A DNA stretch of 64,000 nucleotides, from NCBI GenBank assembly GCA_951406725.2, contig OX597833.1, forward strand, positions 61,752,001-61,816,000. Reading direction: 5' to 3'. The translations under genes were made by a program, and so were the position numbers. The DNA comes from Octopus vulgaris (taxonomy: Eukaryota). A model generated the notes under the pieces. The model had not been told where the DNA came from, ran no database searches, and was given only the letters and a program-made list of their open reading frames with translations. Position 1 is the stretch's first letter. Each line of letters begins with the position of its first letter. Below, one piece after another: positions 12,140 through 25,856 of the stretch.

Positions 12140-13632
12140 GAACATGATGAAGAAAAGAAACAACTAAGCCACGGCTGCGATCCTACTTTAGTGGCCGAGT
12201 CTTCTCAAACACAGCATATCTCCAAAGGTCTCAGTCTCCTGTTATTTCCTCTGTGAGGCCCAATGTTCGAAGGTCATGCTTCGCCACCTTGTCCCATGTC
12301 TTCCTGGGTCTACCTCTTCTACAGGTTCCTTCTACTGTTTGGATGTGACACTTCTTCACATGGCTGTCGTCATCCATACGTATTTCTTTACTACCCACAA
12401 GGGGCTAAACACAGAGAGGACAGACAAGGGCAGACAAACGGATTAAGTCGATTACATCGACCCCAGTGTGTAACTGGTACTTATTTAATCGACCCCGAAA
12501 GGATGAAAGGCAAAGTCGACCTCGGTGGAATTTGAACTCAGAACGTAACGGCTGACAAAATACTGCTAAGCATTTCGCCCGGTGTGCTAACGGTTCTGCC
12601 AGCTCATCCATACGTAACACATGACCATTCCAGCTCAGTCACCTCCCTTGCACACCAAATTTGATGCTTCTTATGTCCAGCATTTCTCTCGGGGTGCTCA
12701 CACTCTGTTGTGTATGCACATTGACATTACACTTCCAGCAGATCGTGCTAGCTTCATTTCTTTCAAGCCTATGCATGTCCTCTGCAGTCATAGCCCATGA
12801 CTGACTGCCGTGTAGCATGGCAGTTTGCACTCATGCATCATACAGTCTACCTTTCATTCTGAGCGAGTGGCCTTTAGCTGCCAGCAGAGGTAGGAGCTCC
12901 CTGAACTTTGCCCAGGCTATTCTTATTCTAGCCACTACACTCTCAGAGCAACCACCCCCACTATAGACTTGGTTGCCTAGGTAACGGAAGCTATCAACTA
13001 CTTCTAGTTTTTCTCCCTGGCATGTGATGGAATCTGTTTTCTGTACCTCTTCAGTGTCTGTTGCCTCTGTGCATCTGCTACGCACAAAAACTATCTTCCT
13101 TTGATATCACTGCACCTTTTATGTCCATAGCTAACACCATATATATCGTATGGAATTTCTACCCGTGCCTTTTCTACAGATTGAGCAGGGCCATCTACCT
13201 GAAGGGGTTTGTGATTTGTCAGCCTTCCCACTTACTAAGTCTTTACTTTTTGTTAGATTAACCCTAAGGCCCTTCGATTCTAGACCTTGTTTCCACACCC
13301 TAAACTTTGTCTCTAGTTCTGGCAATGACTCAGCTATTAGAGCAAGGTCATCAGCTTGTCTTGAATTCCTCTATTATTGCCTAGAGGACTATAATGAATA
13401 AGAAGAGGCTGAGGACTGATCCTTGGTGAACCCCTACTTCTACCCAGAATTCTTCACTATACTTGTTGCCAACCCTCACCTTACTGACTTCATCCCTGTA
13501 CTGGGCTTGTACAGCTCTTACCAACAACTCACCTATCTCCAGTTTCTGGATTGACCACCAGATAAGGGATTGGGGGACCCTGTCAAAGGATTTCTCCAAG
13601 TCAACAAAAGCCAAGTACGGAGATTTATCCAT
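12140..13632 (-). mobile_element. RTE-clade LINE fragment (degenerate RT), interrupted by a SINE
   Basis: YLAFVDLEKSFDRVP, GVHQGSVLS, ADDL, GLRVN..K, FRYLG, ARIRIAWAKFREL, MLHGSQSW, with several frameshifts. Confidence 0.88.
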
Positions 13633-13988
13633 GTGAAATGATAAAAAAGAACTGAAAATTATTTGAGAATGATCTCATCCATACAATAAGTGCAAAAAAT
13701 CGTTGTAACTGGTACGTCACACATATTGAGAAGAACATTGTCACTGAAATGTTTTCAGTTTTTCCTATTTTCTGTTTTTTCTTTCTTTTTTCCTTTTTCT
13801 TTTCTTTTTTTCTATCACACAACTTATCTTTGTAAATGAACAATCTGGTGTGTTTATTTTATTTTATGGCCTTCCATTTTATATTGTGAGTTTGAGTTTC
13901 TTTGCCCTATGTGTCAGGAAGACATGCTAATGATTCTGCCAGCTCACTGCCTCAATAATAACAACAACATAATAATAATAATAATAAC

Positions 13989-14028
<40 letters not shown>

Positions 14029-14294
14029 GTAATAATAATAATAATAGTCCCAACTTATGGGTAGTAAGAGCTGTTCAGTGTTGGTTGACAAGTGTCTTGA
14101 CAGAACTACTGGCTGGTGGCTAATCTTAAAACACGAACCTCAGTTTAGAGTGAAAATGTCTAATACAAGTGTATCAAATAATGGTGTGAACGAGGCTGGA
14201 ACCAACAGTGGAGATCTTTCATCATAGTGGTGCCCTTTGGCTGAGCAGTGCAGGTCCAGTCATTAGTAAAACGAGTAAAGAGAGTTGTAATTAA

Positions 14295-14514
14295 CCTTTT
14301 AGTGTTCAGATTACTCTATTAAATGTAATATTTTTTTACTCAAATTGGTTTGAATTAGTCATGCATTATCTTATAGCTTTGAGGTTTCAATGATATGATT
14401 GTTTATTTTTAGAATATCAATGTAGATTAGGTGTGAGAGGCTAGATATCACCAGTTTGAATATAAAACATGTAGAATATTTGGGCCGGATATGGCCAGTT
14501 TAAACACTAAAGGG
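14295..14514. mobile_element. piggyBac-like MITE
   Basis: TTAA on both sides, TIR cc(c/t)tttagtgtt / aacactaaaggg. Confidence 0.8.
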
Positions 14515-14605
14515 TTAAGTGATCAAATTCATCTAATTTTATATCTTTTAAAGTTTGGCCTTTTTTATTATTATTATTTTTTTTTTTTTTCTTTTTCTTT
14601 GGTAG

Positions 14606-14640
14606 TGCCTATTCCAAAGATAGAAAAGACTGGAAACTAA
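14606..14640 (+). CDS. HDAC10: HDAC10-like last coding exon, (V)PIPKIEKTGN*
   Basis: Very long poly-T/pyrimidine tract plus tAG, phase 1 fits, stop TAA at 14638-14640. The exon continues to a GTAAGT donor at 14661. Confidence 0.65.
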
Positions 14641-14660
14641 AATACACCAAAGACATCATG

Positions 14661-14775
14661 GTAAGTTACAGAAATCTCCTTTGAGTCAATCTTTAATCAA
14701 TCTTAAATTAACAATAATTAAATCAATAATTGTCATTTAGTATTTCAATCTTTTTTCTCTTTTCTCTTTTTGTAG
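14661..14775 (+). other. Putative 3'UTR intron of the HDAC10-like gene
   Basis: GTAAGT 20 nt after the stop; tttttctcttttctctttttgtAG acceptor at 14775. Confidence 0.5.
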
Positions 14776-14984
14776 GACTAAGAAAATTCTTCAGATATTT
14801 GCTCCGCTGCTTGTGTTTTATTTTCTGGAAATGGTATATGAACATCATATATATATATATGTATATATATATTTGCATTGCAATTAAAAATATTTATGTA
14901 TTAAGAATCTGGGTACTGTACCAACAGTATATTGGATAAATGCTATCCCATAGTGGGTTACACCCATAACCCCTATCTTACTTT

Positions 14985-15116
<132 letters not shown>

Positions 15117-15618
15117 CATATATATATGTATGTATCTTCACAGCTCCTGCTGATTATTCTGTCCCCGCCTCTATTAAATGTGTTGATTACCTATGCAGTT
15201 CTTTTACAAGAACCTGCTCTGTTCTTCTTTTATTATACTCTAGCCCCTCCCCCATCTCCTACCTTAAAAACAATCTTTTTGGGATTCATAGTCTCTTAAG
15301 TCACATGCCAAACTCACTAGTGTTGGTGCCATAAAAGAGAAACAACAACCCAGTAGATGTTGTGAATTAGTTGGCATTAGGAAAGGCATCCAGCTATGGA
15401 AACTGTGCCAAAGTGGAGCACAGTGCAAAAGAAAAAAATTCTAATGCTAAATATGCTGAAAATAGACACATTGCCAATAACCATATAATTCATCACGCAT
15501 CTCAAAGAAAGCCGGCAAATTTCTAAAACATTCCGTTATTATCAATTTAACTTTTAAAGGTATTTTTTAACTTGCTGGCCATTGATAGAATTTTTTTTGA
15601 AAAATTTTATCGTATATT

Positions 15619-15664
<46 letters not shown>

Positions 15665-16455
15665 ATGTGTGTGTGTCCTTTATTTTATTTGTGGGTTAAC
15701 AAGGCAACCAATGGCTTCATGTGAAGAGATCTTCACAATTGTTCAAGCGTACCACATGTGTGTTGGTACAATTCTCCCGTTTGGAGATGAGTATCAACAC
15801 TTCCTTCTGTCATGATTCAACAATTGTGAAGAGAGCTGCGCATGAAACCATTGGTTGCTTTGTTAATCCACAAATAAACAATATAAGAATATCTATCCAC
15901 CAATGCGGTGTGAGCATTCATTGTCACTATTTGGTATTAACATATACACATACATAGATACACACACACACACACATACACACACACACACACACATAAA
16001 TTGATCAACAGTTAGGAATTCACTGCATTGTTACAAGGTATTTCATACATGAAAATTACATGTAATTGACCAGTTAGTATTATGAATGAGGATTGGTGAT
16101 GGTGATATTTGCATACTTCAGAAAAGGGCCATATTGAGTAACATCATAAATGAAGCTGCTGCCTTTGCCTAACTGAGAAGTTCTATATATATATTGAAGC
16201 AACCGGTGCTAATTCATACACACACACACATATACTCTCTTTTACTCTTTTACTTATTTCAGTCATTTGACTGCGGCCATGCTGGAGCACCGCCTTTAAT
16301 CGAGCAACTCGACCCCGGGACTTATTCTTTTCTAAGCCCAGTACTTATTCTATCGGTCTCTTTTGCCAAACCGCTAAGTAACGGGGACATAAACACACCA
16401 GCATCGGCTGTCAAGCAATGCTAGGGGGACAAACACAGACACACAAATACACACA

Positions 16456-16491
<36 letters not shown>

Positions 16492-17026
16492 TGATTGATT
16501 CTAGTTTCAGCTCATGAGCTGTGGCCATGCTGGGGCACCGCCATTTATATATATATATACATATATACGACGGGCTTCTTTCAGTTTCCGTCTACCAAAT
16601 CCACTCACAAGGCTTTGGTTGGCGCGAGGCTATAGTAGAAGACACTTGCCCAAGGTGCCACGCAGTGGGACTGAACCCGGAACCATGTGGTTGGTGAACA
16701 AGCTACTTACCACACAGCCACTCCTGCGCTATATGTATATATAAATAATAATAATTTTTGATTTAAGAAAATCATTTTCAAATATATTGTGATTGTATCA
16801 AGAAACTTTTTAAAAATTTTCTTTTTAATTCTATATATATGTATATATGTATGTATATATATATGTGTGTATATATATATATGCAGAAATAATTAAGATT
16901 CAGTTGAATTAGGTACTTAAGTTGAGGTACCAAGTCAGTCCGGTATTGTATGCACAGCTTGAAGTTAGGTGAATAAAAAGCAAAGAAGTAACAAGGATGT
17001 CCAGGTATATATAAATATATATATAT

Positions 17027-17106
17027 ACTCTGATGCTGCTATAGGGTGATACTCAGGCAATCAACTACGAGTGCATTGCATCTTATAGCTGAAACAGCTG
17101 TAAGCT
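17027..17106 (+). ncRNA. Degenerate hammerhead motif (related fold-back copy at 48210-48372)
   Basis: CT-CTGATGC-tGCTATAGG...CTTATAGCt-GAAA-CAGCTG-TA-AG, with A9 mutated. Confidence 0.5.
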
Positions 17107-17846
17107 CATGACGTTCATAACATAATTGTTTATTCCTTTGTCATTCTAATTTCTTATCTATATATATATAAATATATATGTGTGTGTGTGTGTGTATTTA
17201 AATATGAATTAGAAGTAACTCGGGGTATATAGACAAAATCAAACAGAGAGAGAGAGAGTGTACCACTTACACATACATAAGAACACACGTTCACTCACTC
17301 ACACTCTCTCTCATACACACACACACACACACATACATGCACATGTACATACAAAATAGATGTACACATATGTATTGATGTATATACACATATGACAACA
17401 CACCTATTCACTTACTCTCTCTCTTCTTCTCTCTCTTCCTCTCTCTCTTTCGCACACACATGTCCATTTCATTTACACATACATACATCTTATTTCTTTA
17501 TTATATATATATGACTCAGTGGTTAGAGCATCAGGCGCACAATCATGAGGTAGTGAGTTCAGTTCCTGGACCAGGCTGTGTCATGTGTTCTTCAACGAGG
17601 CACTTTATTTCACGTTGCTCCAGTTCACTCAGCTGTAGAAATGAGTTGCGACATCACTGGTGCCAAGCTGCATTGGCCCCTTTTGCCTTTCCCTTGGATA
17701 ACACTGGTGGTGTGGAGAGGGAAGGCTGGTATGCATGGGTGACTTCTGGTCTTCCATAAACAACCTTGCCCGGACTTGTGCCTCAGAGGGTAACTTTCTA
17801 GGAGCAATCCCATGGTCAGTCATGACCAAAGGGGGACTTTATATAA

Positions 17847-17890
<44 letters not shown>

Positions 17891-18036
17891 CATGGAAAGC
17901 AGATGTTAAACGATGATGATGATGATGATATATATATATATACACATTTATATAAAATCCCCCTTTGGTCATGAATGACCATGGGATTGCACATACATAT
18001 ACATTTACATACTTACACATACGTACATACATACAT

Positions 18037-18096
<60 letters not shown>

Positions 18097-18444
18097 GCAT
18101 GGCTATGTGGTTAGGGAGTTTGCTTCCTAGCTACATGGTTTTGGGTTCAGTCCCACTGCGTGGCACTTTGGGTAGTTGTCTTCTGCTATAGCCCCGAGCC
18201 AACCGGAGCTTTGTGATTGAATTCGGCAGGCAGAAGTTACTGCCGTGTGTGTATATGTGCGTGTAGGTGCTTGTGCCTCTCCGAAAGAGAGAGAGGGGAT
18301 ATATATTTATTTTATAGAAGGAGCTTCTACAACTGTTTCATTCAGATGAAATCTTCAGGAAGCTGGCTGTCAAAATAAGTTCTGGTATTTATGCATTTAG
18401 GCAGATTTAATGGAGTGGTGGTGGCAGGGGGGACGTTTTGGGAT

Positions 18445-20233
18445 ACCTACAACAGACTAGCTGATAACGCCATCACAGCTAAGTACAAAAAAGTTGATGA
18501 CACGGCTTTAACTGAAACTAACTTAACCGGGAAGAAGATCGCCACTTCCCTTAAACTGGATTACCGAACAGAACCTCTGAGGGTGAAGTCCCCACACTTC
18601 ACCCTGAAAGACCGCAAAAACAATTTTGACGATAAACCATCGGTCCGACTGATTAACCCAACCATGTCTGACATTGGATCCGTCAGCAAGAAGATCCTGG
18701 ACAGGATTTTACCTAAAATACGTGAAGCCTCACCCCTTCCACTCTGGAATTGGACTTCCGAGGCAATAACTTTGTTCCGGGATTTACCTGACAAGAGCAA
18801 CACCCGCTTCCTACAATTGGATATCGAGGAATATTACGCCTCTATATCGGAGAGCCTGCTGATTGACGCGATTAACTTCGCTAGGACCTTCTCCACCATC
18901 ACCGAAGCCGAGCAGGATGTGATCCTCCATGCACGTAAGACCTTTCTTTACCATGATGGATCCCACTGGATCAACAAAAAATCCGAGACCCCCTTCGACG
19001 TCAGCATGGGTGCTAGCGACTCAGCTGAAATAAGTGACCTTGTGGGCCTATTCATCCTCCATAGGTTGAAGACCCTATTCACAAGCCTCTCCGGTGGTCT
19101 CTACCGCGATGATGGCCTTTTTGCCCTCCACAAAATAAACCCCAGGACCACGGATGGGTTCCGGAAAAACCTTTACACTTTTTTTAAAAACTTAGGCCTT
19201 AGGATTACCTTAGATTCGAACTTAACCAAAGCTAACTTCCTTGACGTTACCCTCGATTTAGAAACCTCCCTTTATTACCCGTACCATAAACCTAATGAGT
19301 CCCTTAGATACATAGACATTAATTCTAACCACCCCAAAAATATATTAGGCAACCTAGTGAAAAGTGTCTCCATTAGGATATCTAGCCTCTCTGCCACCGA
19401 GGATATCTTTAATACCGCAGCCCCCTATTACAACGAGGCCCTGGCCCGCAGTGGCTTTAGAGATAAGATCACCTACATTAGCATAGCCCCACACCCACCC
19501 AAGAATAATAGGCGAAGACACATTAGCTGGTACAACCCCCCCCTTCAACCGTGAAGTCTCAACACCTGTAGCTAAAATTTTCTTCACTCTCTTACAAAAA
19601 CACTTCCCCACCCAACATAAGTACTATACAATCCTTAATAAGAACACCATTAGACTCTCCTACTCCACCACACCCAATCTAGCTAGGAACCTAGCCAACA
19701 ATAACGTCAAAAAACTTAATAAATCTACCTTTTCCGAAGTCCATCCAGCATCCGACAACAACTGCAATTGCAACTGCTCTGATAAGACTACTTGCCCCCT
19801 CAACAAAAACTGCCTACAGAAAGATCTCGTCTACATATGCGATGTACGATCAGGCCCCGATGATAAAAGAAAATCGTACATCGGAATGACCTCAAATAGT
19901 TTTAAGACTTGCTGGTACGCCCACACACATTCGTTCCAGCGACCTGACAAATCTAACCAGACTACTCTTGCCGCCCATATCTGGCACCTTAAAAGGAACT
20001 CCATCCCCTTCAAGATCAAGTGGAGACTACTCCAGTGAGCACGTTCTTACACGGGAGGCCATACTTGCTGTGACCTTTGCATTTCTGAGAGCTTGGAGAT
20101 CTTATCCGCCAAAGGCCCTCTCCTCAACAAGATCTCGGAACACTCCCCAAACTGTATGCACAAAATCTATGCAAACTACAAAAATTACAGACCCACCCGG
20201 CCACCCGATGGACGACACCCCACCCAAAAAACC
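18445..20233 (+). pseudogene. PLE reverse transcriptase plus C-terminal GIY-YIG endonuclease (+1 frameshift in the C-run near 19540, TGA at 20036)
   Basis: RT motifs RLINP, FLQLDIEEYYASI, MGASDS, LYRDDG, NFLDVTLDL, SNHP. After the frameshift: WYNPPFN, CNCNC..CPLNKNC, LVYIC..SYIGMT, HIWHLK, CDLC, LLNK..CMH. Confidence 0.9.
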
Positions 20234-20801
20234 ATATGTGTGTATGTATGTATATGTATATGTGTATATATATATATATGTGTGTGTGTATGTATATATA
20301 TGTATGTGTATATATATATATATGTGTGTGTGTATGTATATATATGTATGTGTATGTATGTATATATATGTGCGTATGTATGTATGCATATGTATATTCG
20401 CATGTGTATGTATGTGTGTTTGTATGTATGTTTATTTTATAGTTTTTTCATGTATATTTATCTATTTATTCCCTCCACCTAACAATAACAAACTGCCTAC
20501 CTCTTCTTGACCACCAAAAAGCAATTGTCTTCTAATTTACCTAAAATCCCATCCCATATATCTGTTGAAATACTATTATTGGGGTTTCTATTCATTTATT
20601 CTATTTATTCATTTATTTATTTTCTCACTGATTCTTCTCACTTCAAAAAACACTCTGGCCTTTTGACCACTCCCCTAGGAACAATAGCCTGTGCCCGGTT
20701 AATCTCCGAAATACCAACATACCCAAAAAACGTCCCCCCTGCCACCACCACTCCATTAAATCTGCTTAAATGCATAAATACCAGAACTTATTTTGACAGC
20801 C

Positions 20802-20852
20802 AGCTTCCTGAAGATTTCATCTGAATGAAACAGTTCTAGTCCTGTAGAAGCT
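20802..20852 (+). ncRNA. Type I hammerhead ribozyme in the PLE pseudo-LTR
   Basis: AGCTTC-CTGAAGA-TTTCATCTGAAT-GAAA-CAG ttctagtc CTG-TA-GAAGCT. Perfect 6-bp stem I, canonical core, GUA cleavage site. Confidence 0.85.
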
Positions 20853-21561
20853 CCTTCTATAAAATAAATTACTTTACTCTGCTATGTATTGAGTACCTTA
20901 TTTACTGTGGTTAACCCCGACTCAACCCGGGACCTACATATATATATATATATATATGTAGATAGATTTGTACAAAATTCTCCACTGTTTCTAGACATGT
21001 GATCTTTACCCCCTCTGCCCCCACTATAGCATTGCATGTCCTTCAGACATAATCATCTTAAACAAGGAAGGGTACCTTAAAAACTGCATAATCCTAGATA
21101 TCATGGGAAAAAAAAATTGTGATGGTCAAGGATGGAATTGTTTTGATAATAGATCTGCTCCACTAGACCAGACTTGGTGCTAAACAACAACACTGAGGCA
21201 ATGCGGAATTAAACATCTTGCACATTAAAAAACAGAAACAAAAACAATATGTACACCATAAGAATTGAACCTAGAATCTATCGATCAAGAAGTAACCTGA
21301 TACATTACCCTGTTCAATAGGAACTTTTAATTCTTTTCTGTGTTGCTTGAATTTTTAAAAGAAATGTATTTTACATACAAATATGGAAATAGAGATTTAT
21401 TTTTAACATTTAATAAATTATGGGAAAAGAATAAAAGAATTTCAAAATCATTTGTTTTTTTAATTTTTTATTTCTTTTAAAATATTTATATTTTTTTTCA
21501 TCTTTTCTTTTTATCTTTTATCTTTCACTTGCTTCAGTCATTTGACTGTGGCCATGCTGGA

Positions 21562-21609
<48 letters not shown>

Positions 21610-21613
<4 letters not shown>

Positions 21614-22072
21614 CAAATTTGATGACTGGCATCCGTGCTAGTGGAGTGCTAAGAGCACCATCTGAGCATGATCATTGCCAGAGCAGCTAATTGGCAGCCG
21701 TGCTGGTGGCACGTAAAAAGCACTGTTCGAGCATGATCATTACCAGCGTCGCCTTACAGGCACTTGTGCTGGTGGCACATGAAAAAGCATTCAAGCGAGG
21801 TCGTTACTAGTGCTGCTGGACTGGCTCCTGTGTAGGTGGCACGTAAAAAATACCATTTGAGTGTGGCCGTTGCCAGTACCGTCTGATTGGCCCTTGTGCC
21901 GGTGGCACATAAAAGCACCCACTACACTCTCAGAGTGGTTGGCGTTAGGAAGGGCATCCAGCTGTAGAAACTCTGCCAGATCAGATTGGAGCCTGGTGCA
22001 GCCATCTGGTTCACCAGTCCTCAGTTAAATCGTCCAACCCATGCTAGCATGGAAAGCGAACATTAAACGATG

Positions 22073-22073
<1 letters not shown>
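21610..22073 (+). mobile_element. RTE-tailed SINE family C with internal about 60-bp repeats (also 34570-35195, 58270-58600 -, 50120-50370 -, 10025-10200 -)
   Basis: ggttggcgttaggaagggcatccagctgtagaaac..ccaacccatgctagcatggaaagcggacgttaaac(gat)n. Confidence 0.8.
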
Positions 22074-22125
<52 letters not shown>

Positions 22126-22459
22126 GGTGTTCAGAAGGACATCCAGCTATAGAAGCTATGCCAAAACAGGCATGGACCCTGGGTATCTCATCAGCTGTTC
22201 AGCTCCTATCAAACCATCCAACTCATCCCAGCATGGTAAACAGACATTAAATGATGATGATGATGATGATGAAAGTCTACTTTTTTCTGTCGAGGGCCTA
22301 TATGCCCCATTATTATTAGACTATTTTCTTTAGTCATTGCGCAGTGATCACCGATAAGCTTTAAGCTTATAAAATACTCTTATTGTTATTTACAGAATTG
22401 TAAAAATTGATGCTGCTTAACAAAAAAAACCATCACACACATATACATATATTTAAAAC

Positions 22460-22663
22460 GAGGGTGAAAAATTAGATGTTAATTTGATTAATATCAATTT
22501 AAAACCAGTGGTCTAGCATATTAAAATCTGAAGGTTCAGAAAATTGTATTACATATGTATGAGAGGGATGACCACTATGTGGACAACCCTTATGCTAGAA
22601 GTAGATCCACTATGGATCTACTTCTAGCATAAGGGTTGTCCACATAGTGGTCATCCCTCTCAT
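22460..22663. repeat. Perfect about 51-bp-arm hairpin (22559-22663) with tail homologous to 44095-44180
   Basis: atgagagggatgaccactatgtggacaacccttatgctagaagtagatcca is mirrored across a 3-nt loop. Confidence 0.8.
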
Positions 22664-24638
22664 ATGTGTGTCTGTATATACACACACATATATGCATGTA
22701 TATATATATATACATATGTGTTTGTTATGTGTGTGTGTGGTGTCTGTGTTTATCTCTCCACCGATTGTCAGCCAGTGTTGGTGTGTTTACATCCCTGTAA
22801 TTTAGAGGTTCAGCTAAAGAGGTCGATAGGATAAGTTCCAAGTTTTAAAAAAACAAGTACTGGAGGTGGGGGATCGATTCATTTGACCAGAAATTCTTCA
22901 AAGCTGTGCCCCAGCATGGCCACAGTCTAATGACTGGAACAAGTAAAAGACAAAAAAAAAAAAATCGCAGGGTATGATTTCAGAGTAACCTGGCTGCTAT
23001 TTTTAGCAGACACGTTGACCATGTAAAGGCTGCAAAGAGTGTTGACATTATTGTAAACAGTTAATAGATGGGGTGTCTAGACAGAACGTTTGCTCTGGTT
23101 CCAGCAATTTGGGGTCTTTTGATCCTTGTCTTTCAATTCCGATGGCAATAAGCATTTCACATGATTCCCGTTTGTTCGACAAAGGAAAGAAGAAACACAT
23201 ACTTTATTGTTACTGCGAAAGGTGTAGGGGTGAGATGGAAGCTGTTAATTATATCAATTAAGGGTGGCTTTAATTCAATGTCGTTTTTCTTAGAGGGCGC
23301 CACCTGGGGGAATGAAAACTGTCATTGCAATTGTTTGCTGTTATTGTTGATTTTTTTATGGTGGAAGTGGTAGCAGTGGTGGTGGTGGTGGTGGTGGTGG
23401 TAACTGTAGGGTGGTGGTGGTGGTGGTGGTGGTGGAAGCGGTGATGGTAACCGTAGGGCGGCGGCGGTGGTGGAGATGGTGAGGTTGTTACTTACAGGAT
23501 GATAGACAAGAGAAAGAGAAAGAAAGGGAATAAGAAAATAGTTGAGCATGTGTGTGTGTGTGTGTGTGTGTGCTTTTATTGTGCAATTGGATGCGTGTGT
23601 GTGTGTGTGTGTGTGAGTATGTGTGCTTATTGTGTAAATCTGTGTTTATGTGTTTTACTACCTGCACATTGTGAAAGTATGTGTGTGTGTGTGTGTGTAC
23701 ATACATATATACATACACACACACACACATACACACATGCACACACACACACACACACATTCATTCATTCTTAGAGTTTCATTGCATCTTGAGCCCTTTA
23801 TTTGATAGTGGTCACTAGTTTCAATACAAGCACTTTGGCACGACTGCATGGTATGAAGTTTGCTTCCCAACCACTTGGTTCCAGGTTCAATCCTACCGCG
23901 TGGCACTTTGGACAAATGTCTTCTACTATAGTCTTGGACTGACCAAAGCCTTGTGAGTGGATTTGGTAAACAGAAACTGAGAGAAGCCTGTCATATATAT
24001 GGTGGACTGGTGTCCCATCCAGCTGGGGGAATACATACGCCACAGAAACCGGGCCCCTGAGCCTGGCTAGGCTTGAAAAGGGCACATAAATAAAGAAAAT
24101 AAATAAATATATATATATCATCATCATCAGCGGACGTTAAACGATGATGATGATGATGATGATATATATATATATATATATATATATTTATTTATTTTCT
24201 TTATTTATGTGCCCTTTTCAAGCCTAGCCAGGCTCACAGGCCCAGTTTCCCAGTTTCTGTGGCGTGTGTGTTCCCCCCAGCTGGACGGGACGCCAGTCCA
24301 CCGCAGCATTACTCAAGAAACAGGAAGAGAGAGTGAGAGAAAGTTGGGGCAAAAGAGTACAAATGAAGAACTTGATGGGGTTTCATGAACAGCAACACCA
24401 GGAGGAGGTGCAGTAACCACAGCCAAAACCAAGGTACTTTACCACCAACAAAATGCAACATGTGTTTGCATGTATAGGTGCAGGCATGGCTGTGTGGTAA
24501 GAAGTTTGATTTCCAACCCCATGGTTTGGGGTTCAGACCCACTACATGGCACCTTGGGCAAGTGTCCACTGCTATAGCCCCAGGTTGACCAAAGCCTTGT
24601 GAGTGGATTTGTTAGACAGAAACTGAAAGAAGCCCATC

Positions 24639-24672
<34 letters not shown>

Positions 24673-25064
24673 TTGTCCCCCATCACTATCTGACAACTGG
24701 TGTTGGTGTGTTTACATCCTATAACTTAGCAGTTTGGTAAAAGAGACTGATAGAATATGTGCCAGGCTTAAAAAAAGGTACAAATAAGTACTGGAGTTAA
24801 TTCATTCAGTTAAAAATTATTTCGAAGTGGTGCTCCAGCATGGCTACAGCCTTTGGGCTGAAACGCACTGAGAAATAAAAGAAAACAGAATTTGATAAGA
24901 ATGGGAAATCACAGTTCAGTACAATTTATGTTTTATAAACAGAAAAAAAATCCCAGCAAAATAAACAGTGTCATGTCATCATGTATGGTTAATCTGCCCC
25001 CACCCCTCATGAGGTACAGCTGATTGCTTATCATTGAAATCAGTTTAGCATTGTGTGTCAAATG

Positions 25065-25231
25065 TCATCATCATCATCATCATCATCATCATAATCATCG
25101 TCGTTGCGTTGTCATCATCATCATCATCATTATCATCATCATCATCATAATCATCGTCGTTGCGTCGTCATCATCATCATAATCATCGTCGTTGCGTCGT
25201 CATCATCATCATAATCATCGTCGTTGCGTCG

Positions 25232-25265
<34 letters not shown>

Positions 25266-25284
25266 AATCATCGTCGTTGCGTCG

Positions 25285-25321
<37 letters not shown>

Positions 25322-25573
25322 AATCATCGTCGTTGCGTCGTCATCATCATCATCATCATTATCATCATCATCATCATCATAATCATCGTCGTTGCGTCGT
25401 CATCATCATCATCATCATTATCATCATCATCATCATCATAATCATCGTCGTTGCGTCGTCATCATCATCATTATCATCATCATCATCATCGTCGTTGCGT
25501 CGTCATCATCATCATAATCATCGTCGTCGTCGTCATCATCATCATCATCATCATAATCATCGTCGTTGCGTCG

Positions 25574-25610
<37 letters not shown>

Positions 25611-25856
25611 AATCATCGTCGTTGCGTCGTCATCATCATCATCATCATTATCATCATCATCATCATCATAATCATCGTCGTTGCGTCGTCATCATCATCA
25701 TCATCATTATCATCATCATCATCATCATAATCATCGTCGTTGCGTCGTCATCATCATCATCATCATTATCATCATCATCATCATCATAATCATCACCGTT
25801 GTCGTCATCGTCGTCATCATCATCACCGTCGTTGTCGTCGTCATCATCATCATCAT
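25065..25856. repeat. Compound (CAT)n satellite punctuated by aatcatcgtcgttgcgtcgt
   Basis: About 14 invariant punctuation motifs separated by variable (CAT)n; adjoins a family C SINE tail. Confidence 0.85.

Larger units (their letters stand above)
18303..20937 (+). mobile_element. Penelope-like retroelement, 5'-truncated, with inverted 5' pseudo-LTR copy
   Basis: RT and GIY-YIG coding. About 18303-18447 is the reverse complement of about 20715-20868. A unique 3' tail runs to 20937, followed by (TA)n. Confidence 0.92.

Noticed and set aside
20036-20038. In-frame TGA in the PLE endonuclease as selenocysteine (reported for some Naiad PLEs)
   Set aside because: It is not at a Cys-motif position and is best explained by CGA>TGA. 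The copy is also frameshifted and I saw no SECIS.
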